IMG/VR virus record: IMGVR_UViG_3300013093_000017
Span: 1-64,000 of that record
Direction: 5' to 3' (one strand)
Length of the DNA stretch: 64,000 bases
In this document: one piece after another, positions 1-8,959 of the stretch
How the letters are laid out: the number at the start of each line of letters is the position of its first letter
Numbering within the stretch: position 1 is the first letter of the stretch
The notes under the pieces: generated by a model
Seen by the model: the letters and a program-made list of their open reading frames with translations, nothing else
Database searches by the model: none
Told to the model about the DNA's origin: nothing
Program-made: the position numbers and the translations under genes

Positions 1-96
1 AAGTTAAACGAAGGTGATGGTGCAGAGTTAGACGCTGATTTCACAGCAGATTTTAATGCCCATATTTTATTGTTTCAGGAACAACACAGGTCCTGA
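1..96 (+). CDS. 3' end of a hypothetical protein (partial, starts before window)
   Basis: Open frame 1, KLNEGDGAELDADF...HRS*, TGA at 94-96, followed by the RBS of the next gene. Confidence 0.5.
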   Translation, partial: KLNEGDGAELDADFTADFNAHILLFQEQHRS

Positions 97-108
97 CAAA
101 GGAAAAAC

Positions 109-441
109 ATGTTATCAAAACCAATAGGATCGACTGGATTCTTTAGCTTATCAAGCACCACAGGAACATTCACAGCAACAACCTTTGCCTTTATACAAGG
201 TGATCTAGGTGGTAATGGCCCAGGCCAAAACTTACCAGCAACTAAAGTACGTATCGCAGTTTCAGGACTACCAGCAGTGGTTAATTTTGGCAACAACAAA
301 GTAGCCGATAACAACAGCGACATACTAATACCACCGGGTACAGTGGAACATTTCACTTTACAAAACACAAATACCATAACTTATGTTCTGCCAACAGGCG
401 TAAGCGGCTCTGGTTTAATTTCAATTACACCAGTAGCATAA
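109..441 (+). CDS. Hypothetical beta-rich protein, possibly virion-associated
   Basis: AAGGA RBS; Gly/Thr/Asn-rich 110 aa ORF. Confidence 0.6.
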   Translation: MLSKPIGSTGFFSLSSTTGTFTATTFAFIQGDLGGNGPGQNLPATKVRIAVSGLPAVVNFGNNKVADNNSDILIPPGTVEHFTLQNTNTITYVLPTGVSGSGLISITPVA

Positions 442-451
442 GGAGACCAAG

Positions 452-778
452 ATGCGAGCAAGTGAAATATTAAGAAAATTAGCGGATGTAATTGACTCAG
501 CTGAAGGCGGCGAAGAATCCTCAATGGGCCAAAGTCCAGAAACTCCAAATCGTGCAGAACTAACTCCGGTTAGTGTTGATCACGAAGATCATACTGATAA
601 GACTCATAGATTTGTTCCACCACTTCAAACCAAAATTGAATTACTGAAAAAATCAGTAGATGTAGATAGTATCTACGATCAAGGTGGTCCGACTACAACC
701 TATGGGCTTGTAGAACTAATATGTACAACCAGCGCATTGTCTGGAGTGTTTATGAATATATCAGGCGGAGCCAAGTAA
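452..778 (+). CDS. Hypothetical acidic phage protein
   Basis: AAGGAG RBS; N-terminus MRASEILRK. Confidence 0.6.
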   Translation: MRASEILRKLADVIDSAEGGEESSMGQSPETPNRAELTPVSVDHEDHTDKTHRFVPPLQTKIELLKKSVDVDSIYDQGGPTTTYGLVELICTTSALSGVFMNISGGAK

Positions 779-811
779 TAAATAAACTACCAACATAATA
801 GAGGAATTACA

Positions 812-1255
812 ATGAAAAAATTATTATTAACAGTATTATTAGCAGTATCAACCCTAGCAGTAGCAGATGGCGCAGTACCAGCGGCAAGTATTCGTACACA
901 AGATGTGAATGATATTTGCAACACAAAAACAGGTACAATCCGCGATGTAAGTGAATCAACTAAACAACAAGTTTATCGTCTAGCAAAGATCCCCTACGGT
1001 GATCGCACATTATGTTCATTGGGCTACGAAGTTGATCACCGCATCTCATTAGAGATTGGCGGTACTAATGATATCAGTAATCTACAGTTACAAGCATATT
1101 GCACCAAAGCACAATTAGCACCTAACTTCCCAGCTGGAGTATTATATGATGCTCACGCAAAAGATCAAGCTGAAAACCAAACACACCGTGATATTTGCTC
1201 TAAAGCATTGACACCGGCTCAGGCACAGGCTAAGATCTACAACTGGCACAACTAA
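812..1255 (+). CDS. Secreted HNH-like (His-Me finger) protein
   Basis: Signal peptide MKKLLLTVLLAVSTLAVA; motif YEVDHRISLEIGGTNDISNL; GAGGA RBS. Confidence 0.6.
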   Translation: MKKLLLTVLLAVSTLAVADGAVPAASIRTQDVNDICNTKTGTIRDVSESTKQQVYRLAKIPYGDRTLCSLGYEVDHRISLEIGGTNDISNLQLQAYCTKAQLAPNFPAGVLYDAHAKDQAENQTHRDICSKALTPAQAQAKIYNWHN

Positions 1256-1271
1256 GCTAATCTAGCATACC

Positions 1272-1297
1272 AAACCCGCTCCGGCGGGTTTTTCTTT
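1272..1297 (+). terminator. Rho-independent terminator
   Basis: AAACCCGC-TCCG-GCGGGTTT followed by a T tract. Confidence 0.85.
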
Positions 1298-1324
1298 GAC
1301 TAAATCACAACTTACTGTTATACT
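1296..1324 (+). promoter_or_regulatory. sigma70-type promoter with extended -10
   Basis: TTGACT-N17-TATACT with TG upstream of the -10; implies the glycosyltransferase starts at ATG 1350, not TTG 1296. Confidence 0.75.
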
Positions 1325-1349
1325 ATATCATATAATTAAATATCCGTAT

Positions 1350-4300
1350 ATGAAAACAATCAAAATAGCAATATTAGACTGCGTAGGACTCAACTATGAT
1401 GGCACTACATTAAAGAAAAAGGGGATTGGCGGCAGCGAAAGCTCTATCATTTCCATTGCTCCTGAACTGGTTAAACTAGGTTTTGAAGTAACTATATTCA
1501 ATGACTGCGATACCAGTGAAACTAGCCCGGGTGTATATGACGGTGTTACCTACTATCCTATGCGCACACTTGGCCTGCGCAACTTTAACTTTGATATTGT
1601 TATTAGCCAACGTACTATTATACCATTTACCCCAGAACACCTGTATGATCAAGTTAGACAGCCGCCGCCTCGTGATTATGATCCAAAATGGTTCCATCAA
1701 TTACAACGTCCAACACAGTTAAAGATCCTTTGGCAGCAGGATACATTCATATGGGGTGACCACTTACTAGAACCGTTGATACTCAATGGGCATATCAACG
1801 AAGTGTTTAACATCAGTGATTGGCACATTGCTTACACTACTAACTCTTCACACGGTCCTCGTAGAAACTTTGAAGTATTAAAGAATCACGTGTTCAACAC
1901 ACGCAATGCTATCAATCGTTGGATTGATTGGGTAGATGTCAAGGCCAAAGATCCTAATCTATTTGTCTACAACGCTAGTGTGACCAAAGGCATGGAACCT
2001 TTAGTCCGTGATATATGGCCTAAACTTAAACAACAGTTACCTAATGCCCGATTAAAGATCATCGGCGGATACTACAACTTCCGTGATCAAGCAGTTAACG
2101 AAGCCAACGAAAAAGTAATCGCCCTGCAAAAATTAACTGCCAACGACCCAAGTGTAGAATTTACTGGTATTATTCCGCAACCTGAAATTGCTGCAATTAT
2201 GGCTCAGGCCAGTTATAATCTATTCCCTGGTGCGTTTCCAGAGACCAGCGGCATCAGCACAATCGAAAGCATCAACTACAATACTCCTATTCTAGGTGTA
2301 CGTTTTGGTGCTATGGAAGAAAGCGGAACTGACAGCGCCAGCTATTACATTGACTATGCTATTGAACCTAACGGATTGTTTCCGTGGATCAATAAAGATT
2401 GGCAGGTAGACCGCTATGTGCGTATGGTCTTAGACGCAGTTAACAATCCCTATCTACATCAACAAAAACAATATGCTTGTAATAATGTTAAAGATGTATC
2501 AACTTGGGATACTGTGGCCCTACAATGGAAACAACACTTCTACAAGTGGATGGGAATGGCACTTGATGCCAGTGAACAGGCTCGAGTAGATTGGATTAAC
2601 TATCGCGTGCGTAAGGTGTTTGGTCGTAGAATTGCCAACACAGAGGACATTATACAGGTTGCCAAGAACACTGATCCTATTCCACTTAACCAACCTCGAG
2701 TCAAAGTAGCCTACATTGATATTGTAGGTATGGCCTATGATGGAGATACATTAAATCGTAAAGGTATGGGCGGTAGTGAAAGCGCAGTTATTCTATCAGC
2801 ACAGGAAATGGCCAAGATAGGATTTGATGTTACTGTGTTTAATGCCTGTGATGAGGATGATAACAAGCCCGGAGTATATAACGGTGTACGCTATCGCCCA
2901 TTAAGTGAATTAGCACAAGCTGACGTATATGATATTGTTATTAGTTCGCGAGTAGTAACCCCATTTATAACAGAGCCGTTCTATCAATATCCGCAGACAA
3001 CCAATCGTAAAGTTGATTACGAAATCTTTAAACAGATACGTGAGCAGGCCCAATTAAAAGTATTTTGGATGCACGATACTTTTTGTTGGGGCGATGATAT
3101 CCTAGAAGAGTTAGTAGTCAGTGGAGCCATTGATGAAATATGGACATTAAGTGATTTCCACACCATGTACATTATGAACTGTAGTCATCCTCGTATGCGT
3201 AACTATGAAGTACTGCGTAACCATGTGTTCACCACACGCAATGGTATTGTCAAATACTTTGATAGTGTAGACCTGGATAGTAAAGATCCTAATATGTACA
3301 TCTTCAATGCTAATATGAGTAAGGGACTTGATCCTCTACTTAATCTAGTATGGCCAAGAGTTAAACAACGTTTACCTAATGCACGCTTAACTGTGATTGG
3401 CGGACATTATAAATTAGGTGCTGCATTTTCACACAATGACGAAGAATCAGAATTTATGAAAATGGTGGGACCGCACCTAACTGATCCTACTATCACATTC
3501 ACGGGAATTATTAAACAAGAACAAGTGGCCAACTTATCAGCCAAGGCCAGTTACTTTATCTATCCTGCAGGCCTCCCTGAAACCTATAGTATCAGCGCAG
3601 TTGAGTCATTATATGCTAACACGCCTTTACTGACCTGCCGCTTTGGCGCCTTAGAGGAAACAGCAGGACCGCATAGTTATATGATTGATTATGCTATAGT
3701 ACCTAACGGTCTGTTTCCTAATATCAATTCGGAAGAGCAAGCTGATAAGTTTGTGGACATGGTTGTTAAGGCCTATAACAATCCCACTGAGCATAGAACA
3801 CGCATGCGTGCATTAGATGATATTAAAGATATCGTAGGATGGGAAGTAACTGCTCTAGAGTGGAAGCATCATATCTACAGTAAACTAGGTCTATACTTAA
3901 GTCCTAGTGAAAGTCAACGGGTAAGATATACCAAGGCCAAATATCATCAAGTGTTTGGCCGTAGATACACAACACCAGAAGAGTGTCTGGCTCCTAAACA
4001 AGCAGTTGAACAAAAGATTGTAGTTGTTAGTCCGTTCTTCAATGCACGAGATTATGTTGAACGTTGCATTGCCAGCGTGGCAGCACAGGATTATGAAAAC
4101 TACGAACACTGGTTGATCGACGATGTTAGTTTTGACGGAGCCCGTGAAGTTGCAGAGGATTATATTGCCGATCTACCTGCTGATATACGAGGAAAGTTTA
4201 AGTTAATTAGAAATAGTGATAACCAAGGGGCAGGATACAACTATGTACAGGCAATCCGTGGTCAAAGTCCCGATACCATCGTCTTGATGCTAGACGGAGA

Positions 4301-6032
4301 TGACTGTTTAGTAAATCGTCCAGATGTGTTTGACTACTACAATAAGTTACATCAGGACTATGACTTTACCTATGGCAGTTGTTGGAGCATAGTTGACGGT
4401 ATTCCTCTACAGGCACAACCTTATCCTCCTGAAGTTAAAGCAGCAAAAGCCTACAAGGATTATAAATTTAATTGGAACTTACCGTATACTCACCTGCGTA
4501 CAATGAAAGCAGGATTATTAAACGGAGTATCGGATAGTAAATTCCGAGATGCAGATGGCAACTGGTTTAAAGCAGGTAACGATCTTGCTATATTCTATGC
4601 CGCAATAGAAAATGTAGATCCGGATAGAGTATACGCAGTATCTGATATTGTGTGTAATTACAACGATGCTAGTCCCTTAAATGACTATAAAATACATCGA
4701 GACGAACAAGATCGTACCATTGCCTCAGTCTTGGCCAATGACGATAAGAAGTATTCAGTAGTTGTTCCAACCATGTGGCGTGTTAATGATATGTTCTTAC
4801 CATTCCTTGGTCGTTTATGTAATGAGAATCTAGTTGATGAGATTATTATTATCAACAATGACAACACACGTACTCCGCAGGGGTTAACTCATCCTAAGAT
4901 TAAGATACACGACTTTGGCAAAAACATATATGTAAATCCTGCGTGGAACTTTGGAGTACGTAGCAGTCAAAATGATCGCGTGTGTATCCTTAGTGATGAT
5001 GTAGTGTTTGATACTAATCTGTTTGATAAGTTAAAAGATCTATTAACTGTTGATGCGGGTGTATTTGGATTATGTCCAGGAGATCCTGTATGGAATCAAC
5101 CACCTATCACTGATAAGACTATTGATATCATTCCGTGGACAGGTCAGCATACCTTAGGCTATGGATGTCTAATGTTTATAAACAAAAACAATTGGACTGA
5201 TATCCCGGATGGATTAAACATCTACTACGGTGATAACTTTATATTTGATTTTCAATTAGGTGCAGGTAGAACAAATTATCTAATCACTAATATGGATTTT
5301 GAAACACCAATGGCTGCTACATTGATTACCATACCCGAAGTTACCAAAGGTATGATGGAAGCAGAAACTCTAGTATATGATCAAGTGAAAGCCAATATGC
5401 TCACTCCTAAGGCACCTAAACAATTGAAAAAGATATTAATTGCAATACCTACAAATAGGAATATTGAAGCACAGACATTTAAGAGTATATACGATCTAAT
5501 TACTCCAGATGGGTGTGAAGTTGCCTTCCAATACTTTTGGGGATACCAAGTAGATCAAGTACGCAATCTAATTGCAGACTGGACCTTGCGTAATGGGTTT
5601 GATTATTTGTTCTGTGTGGATAGTGACATAGCGTTTCCGCCCGACACACTATTAAAATTAATGAGCCACAATAAAGATATTGTTAGCGGAGTGTACATTC
5701 AACGCATACCAGGTACACATACAATTGAGATAATGCGAAAAAATCCTTGGGGTGGAGTAACGCATGTTAACTGGGATGATATCAAAGGACAAGGACTAGT
5801 GCCAATTGATGGCTGCGGGTTTGGCTGTGTGTTGATTGATACTAAAGTATTACAGGCTATACCGTATCCGCACTTTCTATATCATAGTGCAATTGATCAT
5901 GCAAATACAGTAAGTGAAGATGTACATTTCTGTAATCAAGCACGGGATCATGGATTTAGTCTATGGTGTGATACCAGCATAACCTGCGAGCATATTGGAT
6001 CTAGCACATTCAGGGTTGGACAGATTACATAA
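1350..6032 (+). CDS. Five-domain glycosyltransferase (2x GT-B/GT4-like + 3x GT-A/GT2-like)
   Basis: Duplicated module (KGIGGSES / KGMGGSES; PETSGISTIES / PETYSISAVES), then VVSPFFNA...LDGDD, VVVPTMW...SDD and IAIPT...DSD...GCGFGCVLI...SEDVHFC. Confidence 0.85.
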   Translation: MKTIKIAILDCVGLNYDGTTLKKKGIGGSESSIISIAPELVKLGFEVTIFNDCDTSETSPGVYDGVTYYPMRTLGLRNFNFDIVISQRTIIPFTPEHLYDQVRQPPPRDYDPKWFHQLQRPTQLKILWQQDTFIWGDHLLEPLILNGHINEVFNISDWHIAYTTNSSHGPRRNFEVLKNHVFNTRNAINRWIDWVDVKAKDPNLFVYNASVTKGMEPLVRDIWPKLKQQLPNARLKIIGGYYNFRDQAVNEANEKVIALQKLTANDPSVEFTGIIPQPEIAAIMAQASYNLFPGAFPETSGISTIESINYNTPILGVRFGAMEESGTDSASYYIDYAIEPNGLFPWINKDWQVDRYVRMVLDAVNNPYLHQQKQYACNNVKDVSTWDTVALQWKQHFYKWMGMALDASEQARVDWINYRVRKVFGRRIANTEDIIQVAKNTDPIPLNQPRVKVAYIDIVGMAYDGDTLNRKGMGGSESAVILSAQEMAKIGFDVTVFNACDEDDNKPGVYNGVRYRPLSELAQADVYDIVISSRVVTPFITEPFYQYPQTTNRKVDYEIFKQIREQAQLKVFWMHDTFCWGDDILEELVVSGAIDEIWTLSDFHTMYIMNCSHPRMRNYEVLRNHVFTTRNGIVKYFDSVDLDSKDPNMYIFNANMSKGLDPLLNLVWPRVKQRLPNARLTVIGGHYKLGAAFSHNDEESEFMKMVGPHLTDPTITFTGIIKQEQVANLSAKASYFIYPAGLPETYSISAVESLYANTPLLTCRFGALEETAGPHSYMIDYAIVPNGLFPNINSEEQADKFVDMVVKAYNNPTEHRTRMRALDDIKDIVGWEVTALEWKHHIYSKLGLYLSPSESQRVRYTKAKYHQVFGRRYTTPEECLAPKQAVEQKIVVVSPFFNARDYVERCIASVAAQDYENYEHWLIDDVSFDGAREVAEDYIADLPADIRGKFKLIRNSDNQGAGYNYVQAIRGQSPDTIVLMLDGDDCLVNRPDVFDYYNKLHQDYDFTYGSCWSIVDGIPLQAQPYPPEVKAAKAYKDYKFNWNLPYTHLRTMKAGLLNGVSDSKFRDADGNWFKAGNDLAIFYAAIENVDPDRVYAVSDIVCNYNDASPLNDYKIHRDEQDRTIASVLANDDKKYSVVVPTMWRVNDMFLPFLGRLCNENLVDEIIIINNDNTRTPQGLTHPKIKIHDFGKNIYVNPAWNFGVRSSQNDRVCILSDDVVFDTNLFDKLKDLLTVDAGVFGLCPGDPVWNQPPITDKTIDIIPWTGQHTLGYGCLMFINKNNWTDIPDGLNIYYGDNFIFDFQLGAGRTNYLITNMDFETPMAATLITIPEVTKGMMEAETLVYDQVKANMLTPKAPKQLKKILIAIPTNRNIEAQTFKSIYDLITPDGCEVAFQYFWGYQVDQVRNLIADWTLRNGFDYLFCVDSDIAFPPDTLLKLMSHNKDIVSGVYIQRIPGTHTIEIMRKNPWGGVTHVNWDDIKGQGLVPIDGCGFGCVLIDTKVLQAIPYPHFLYHSAIDHANTVSEDVHFCNQARDHGFSLWCDTSITCEHIGSSTFRVGQIT

Positions 6033-6040
6033 ATACTTCT

Positions 6041-6134
6041 AACACGCTTAGGACCGTTGGAGTTACATCCAATGCAGGCGTCAGGCGGAACCTGCCTAGG
6101 ACAATCTGATTCGCTACCAGACTCCTAAAGTGTC
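6041..6134 (+). ncRNA. Structured ncRNA, resembles manA-type RNA motif
   Basis: Closing helices ACAC/GTGT and TTAGGA/TCCTAA; hairpins TTGGA/TCCAA, CAGG/CCTG, TCTG/CAGA with loop ATTCGCTAC; preceded by CATAAATA. The manA name is from memory. Confidence 0.45.
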
Positions 6135-6146
6135 CAAGGACAATTT

Positions 6147-6239
6147 ATGCAAACAGCGAGCGACGGACAATTACCACAACCAGAACAACCGATTGATAGC
6201 GATCGTCTGTTAGTTCCTTGGGCGCCGACAATATTATGA
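6147..6239 (+). CDS. 30 aa small ORF
   Basis: AAGGA RBS; MQTASDGQLPQ...PTIL*; ATGA overlap with the next gene. Confidence 0.4.
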   Translation: MQTASDGQLPQPEQPIDSDRLLVPWAPTIL

Positions 6240-6640
6240 ACATAAACGAAGTTATTATACGCAGTGAACCAGATATAGTTGATATGATAGGCAAAGCATT
6301 GCCTGTGATAATGAAGCAACTTAATCTCAAAACCTTACCTAAGATTAAAATAGAAAAACGTATCAATGACAAACGACAACCGACATTTGGCAAATATGAA
6401 AATACTGAAAATACTATCTACCTAGCTTTGGACAATAGACATCCTGTAGATATTCTACGTACATTCGCACACGAAATGGTACACTACTCGCAAGACCTAA
6501 AACACGAATTAGATCACACCAGCGGAGAAACTGGTAGCCCTGCAGAAAATGAAGCACATGCAGTAGCTGGTGTAATCATGCGTCATATCAATAAATTGCA
6601 CCCAGAGTTTATGAGTGCAGATAATATAGAACTTCCATAA
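6236..6640 (+). CDS. Zincin-like metallopeptidase domain protein
   Basis: AHEMVH (HExxH) plus downstream ENEAH. Confidence 0.7.
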   Translation: MNINEVIIRSEPDIVDMIGKALPVIMKQLNLKTLPKIKIEKRINDKRQPTFGKYENTENTIYLALDNRHPVDILRTFAHEMVHYSQDLKHELDHTSGETGSPAENEAHAVAGVIMRHINKLHPEFMSADNIELP

Positions 6641-6670
6641 CCCCTTAATAAATACCAAAAAGGACCAGCT

Positions 6671-6970
6671 GTGCAAAAAAGAACAAAAAGCCTATTAGAA
6701 GAACTTAACGAGTTTGCTGCTAAAAAAGATCGTGAAACAGTCTTAGAAACAAGGGCTACACATATTATTGATTCAGCTATTAACCTATTAAATTCTATCA
6801 AAGAAAACTTTGATCCAGAAGCAGCATATGAATTAGAACGTAGATTCATTAATTCAATTAAAGGCGCAGATGCTAGTAAGTTCGTAAGAAGCATACGTAA
6901 ACTGCGTGACAATAAAGAAACAGCCACTAAACTACGCATTGTAGAAGGCGATATCAAAGACGAAGATTAA
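6671..6970 (+). CDS. Hypothetical phage protein
   Basis: GTG start with AAGGA RBS; ATAAATA upstream. Confidence 0.65.
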   Translation: MQKRTKSLLEELNEFAAKKDRETVLETRATHIIDSAINLLNSIKENFDPEAAYELERRFINSIKGADASKFVRSIRKLRDNKETATKLRIVEGDIKDED

Positions 6971-7059
6971 GGCCTATTTGCCTGTTTTTTTCCGATCGGC
7001 ATAAATATTTGCACGATAGTCCTAGATAGGACAAGTCATTCGATTAAGGAGATATTAAA

Positions 7060-7494
7060 ATGACATTTGGAATCAACCGTGTACATGGTACACTATTAAA
7101 CCCTAAGAACTTTGCTGGTGTAAGTTTACAAGACTTTACATTAACATTCTGGAGCGGCGATGTTGCTCAAACTTTAGCTACTGATGCTCAATTAGCTGGT
7201 GGTGCTTTAGAACAAGCATTCCGTACAGCTTTAGAAACAGTTGGTACAGTTTCTCGTGTTGGTACTTTAAACACAGCTTCACGTACAATCAACTTTGCTA
7301 TTGAATCATTAGGTTTTGATGGCGCTAACAGTGGTCAAGGTTACTTAGGTACTGGCCCAACTGATGGTTCACCAAGCCCAGCTGATACTCAAAGTGCTTT
7401 AACTGCTGCTATTAATGCATTAAATGTAGTAACTAACTCAGCAGGCGGAGTAATCCACTTAAATTCAGCTACAGTTACTTCTTGGACATACTAA
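7060..7494 (+). CDS. Probable virion structural protein
   Basis: CATAAATA late motif, strong AAGGAG RBS, strongly biased codons, downstream terminator. Confidence 0.55.
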   Translation: MTFGINRVHGTLLNPKNFAGVSLQDFTLTFWSGDVAQTLATDAQLAGGALEQAFRTALETVGTVSRVGTLNTASRTINFAIESLGFDGANSGQGYLGTGPTDGSPSPADTQSALTAAINALNVVTNSAGGVIHLNSATVTSWTY

Positions 7495-7518
7495 GATTTA
7501 ATCAGCTGTAAATAAAAC

Positions 7519-7548
7519 AAGGCATTCATTTTTTGGATGCCTTTTTTT
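7519..7548 (+). terminator. Rho-independent terminator
   Basis: AAGGCATTC...GGATGCCTT followed by a T tract. Confidence 0.7.
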
Positions 7549-7586
7549 GCGACCATAAATACTAGAAACAAATATATAGGTATATA

Positions 7587-8009
7587 ATGGAAATCATCGA
7601 AATCAAAACCCTAATAGACATAACAAAACCAAACGTACAACGTCCGGGACAGGGCTCATTATTAGAACAGAGTCAATACAAGAATTGGATCACATTACAG
7701 CAGTGTATTGGCCTAAGATCAATCATAACCTATGATAATATACCTACAGCAGAAACAGTAGATGTTAAAGGCCTTGGCTTTGGCAGCAAGTATAAAGGTC
7801 GTCATAAAGTATGGTCATTTACCTTCTATCCAGATCGTCCTCATGCCTACGAAGATGACCAAGGCCGCACAATAGGCTTGCTGCGCGGGGATTTCCACCA
7901 AGTACCGGTTATTGAAAAATTAACTGAATCGATAAATATATCGAAGGCGGTTTTCGATGTAGAAGATCCCGAATATAAAAATATCATCATCATGGCAACC
8001 ACAGGCTGA
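7587..8009 (+). CDS. Hypothetical phage protein
   Basis: 140 aa ORF after CATAAATA. Confidence 0.65.
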   Translation: MEIIEIKTLIDITKPNVQRPGQGSLLEQSQYKNWITLQQCIGLRSIITYDNIPTAETVDVKGLGFGSKYKGRHKVWSFTFYPDRPHAYEDDQGRTIGLLRGDFHQVPVIEKLTESINISKAVFDVEDPEYKNIIIMATTG

Positions 8010-8043
8010 CTAAATTAGTACTACTGTTAATGGAGAAATTGCG

Positions 8044-8274
8044 ATGACATCGCCAACTGATATTGAAAAAACAAACCTCGAGTCGCACGTAGAATTATGT
8101 GCCCTGCGTTATTCAGCCCTAGAAGGCCGTTTAGATAACATCGAAAAGAAAGTAGGCACCCTACAAGATCTTATCGAAAAAAGCAATAGTAGTATGATCA
8201 AGGTAATGATCGGCACAGCAGGTACAGTGGTAGCAGGTGTACTATCCGTGGTTGTAACAATATTACTCAAATGA
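8044..8274 (+). CDS. Small coiled-coil protein with C-terminal transmembrane helix
   Basis: Heptad region followed by hydrophobic VMIGTAGTVVAGVLSVVVTILL. Confidence 0.6.
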   Translation: MTSPTDIEKTNLESHVELCALRYSALEGRLDNIEKKVGTLQDLIEKSNSSMIKVMIGTAGTVVAGVLSVVVTILLK

Positions 8275-8492
8275 AAATACATCACTTATTAAATCACCCA
8301 TCAATAGCAATAACCAACGAAGAACAATCGTTTATCAAACAGCACCATGGCGAAATCCCACTAACATCTCTAAGAGATCGTGACGTAGTGATCGCTCAGA
8401 ATCTTGTCCGCAAAGGCGTATTTACGATAACTAAAGATAACAAGAACATCGTAATCAACCGTGGCCAAGACTCAAATAGATCAATTATATAA
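8271..8492 (+). CDS. Hypothetical protein
   Basis: ATGA overlap with the upstream gene. Confidence 0.6.
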   Translation: MKIHHLLNHPSIAITNEEQSFIKQHHGEIPLTSLRDRDVVIAQNLVRKGVFTITKDNKNIVINRGQDSNRSII

Positions 8493-8931
8493 GAAAGTAT
8501 CGGACCTAACAGCAGGAATCAAACAAGAATTCCGTGCCAAGGGCATAGTTATTCCAATACGCGGAATAAATGGCGGTATACGTTTAGATGATTATACAGT
8601 TAGTAAAGAAGTAGATGGTACATATACAGTCGCTGACAGTACAGATATATTGTATGAAGGCCTTAATCTATCATATGCAGCCATATTAATTGCCAACGAT
8701 CTAGCATTGGGCAAAACACCAGAATATAATGTTATAGAGAATGATAAGGTCTACGGTTATAGTGTGTTCGAAGAAGAGCATTATCGAAAGATGTCCGCTA
8801 GTCTAATAGCAAAAAAGGATTGGGATCGCGCAGAAACCATGACACACAAGCAGAAAATAGCCCGTGAGAGAGCCAAAAATGCTAAGAGTGCAGTGTTAAT
8901 AAGTTTTGAAAAGATCCGACGACTTCGATAA
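8461..8931 (+). CDS. Hypothetical protein
   Basis: 156 aa ORF in operon. Confidence 0.6.
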   Translation: MAKTQIDQLYKKVSDLTAGIKQEFRAKGIVIPIRGINGGIRLDDYTVSKEVDGTYTVADSTDILYEGLNLSYAAILIANDLALGKTPEYNVIENDKVYGYSVFEEEHYRKMSASLIAKKDWDRAETMTHKQKIARERAKNAKSAVLISFEKIRRLR

Positions 8932-8959
8932 ATAGTTTTATATATTTTTGGAACTTACC

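Noticed and set aside
8044-8274. Holin call
   Set aside because: Single TM helix and no adjacent endolysin or spanin
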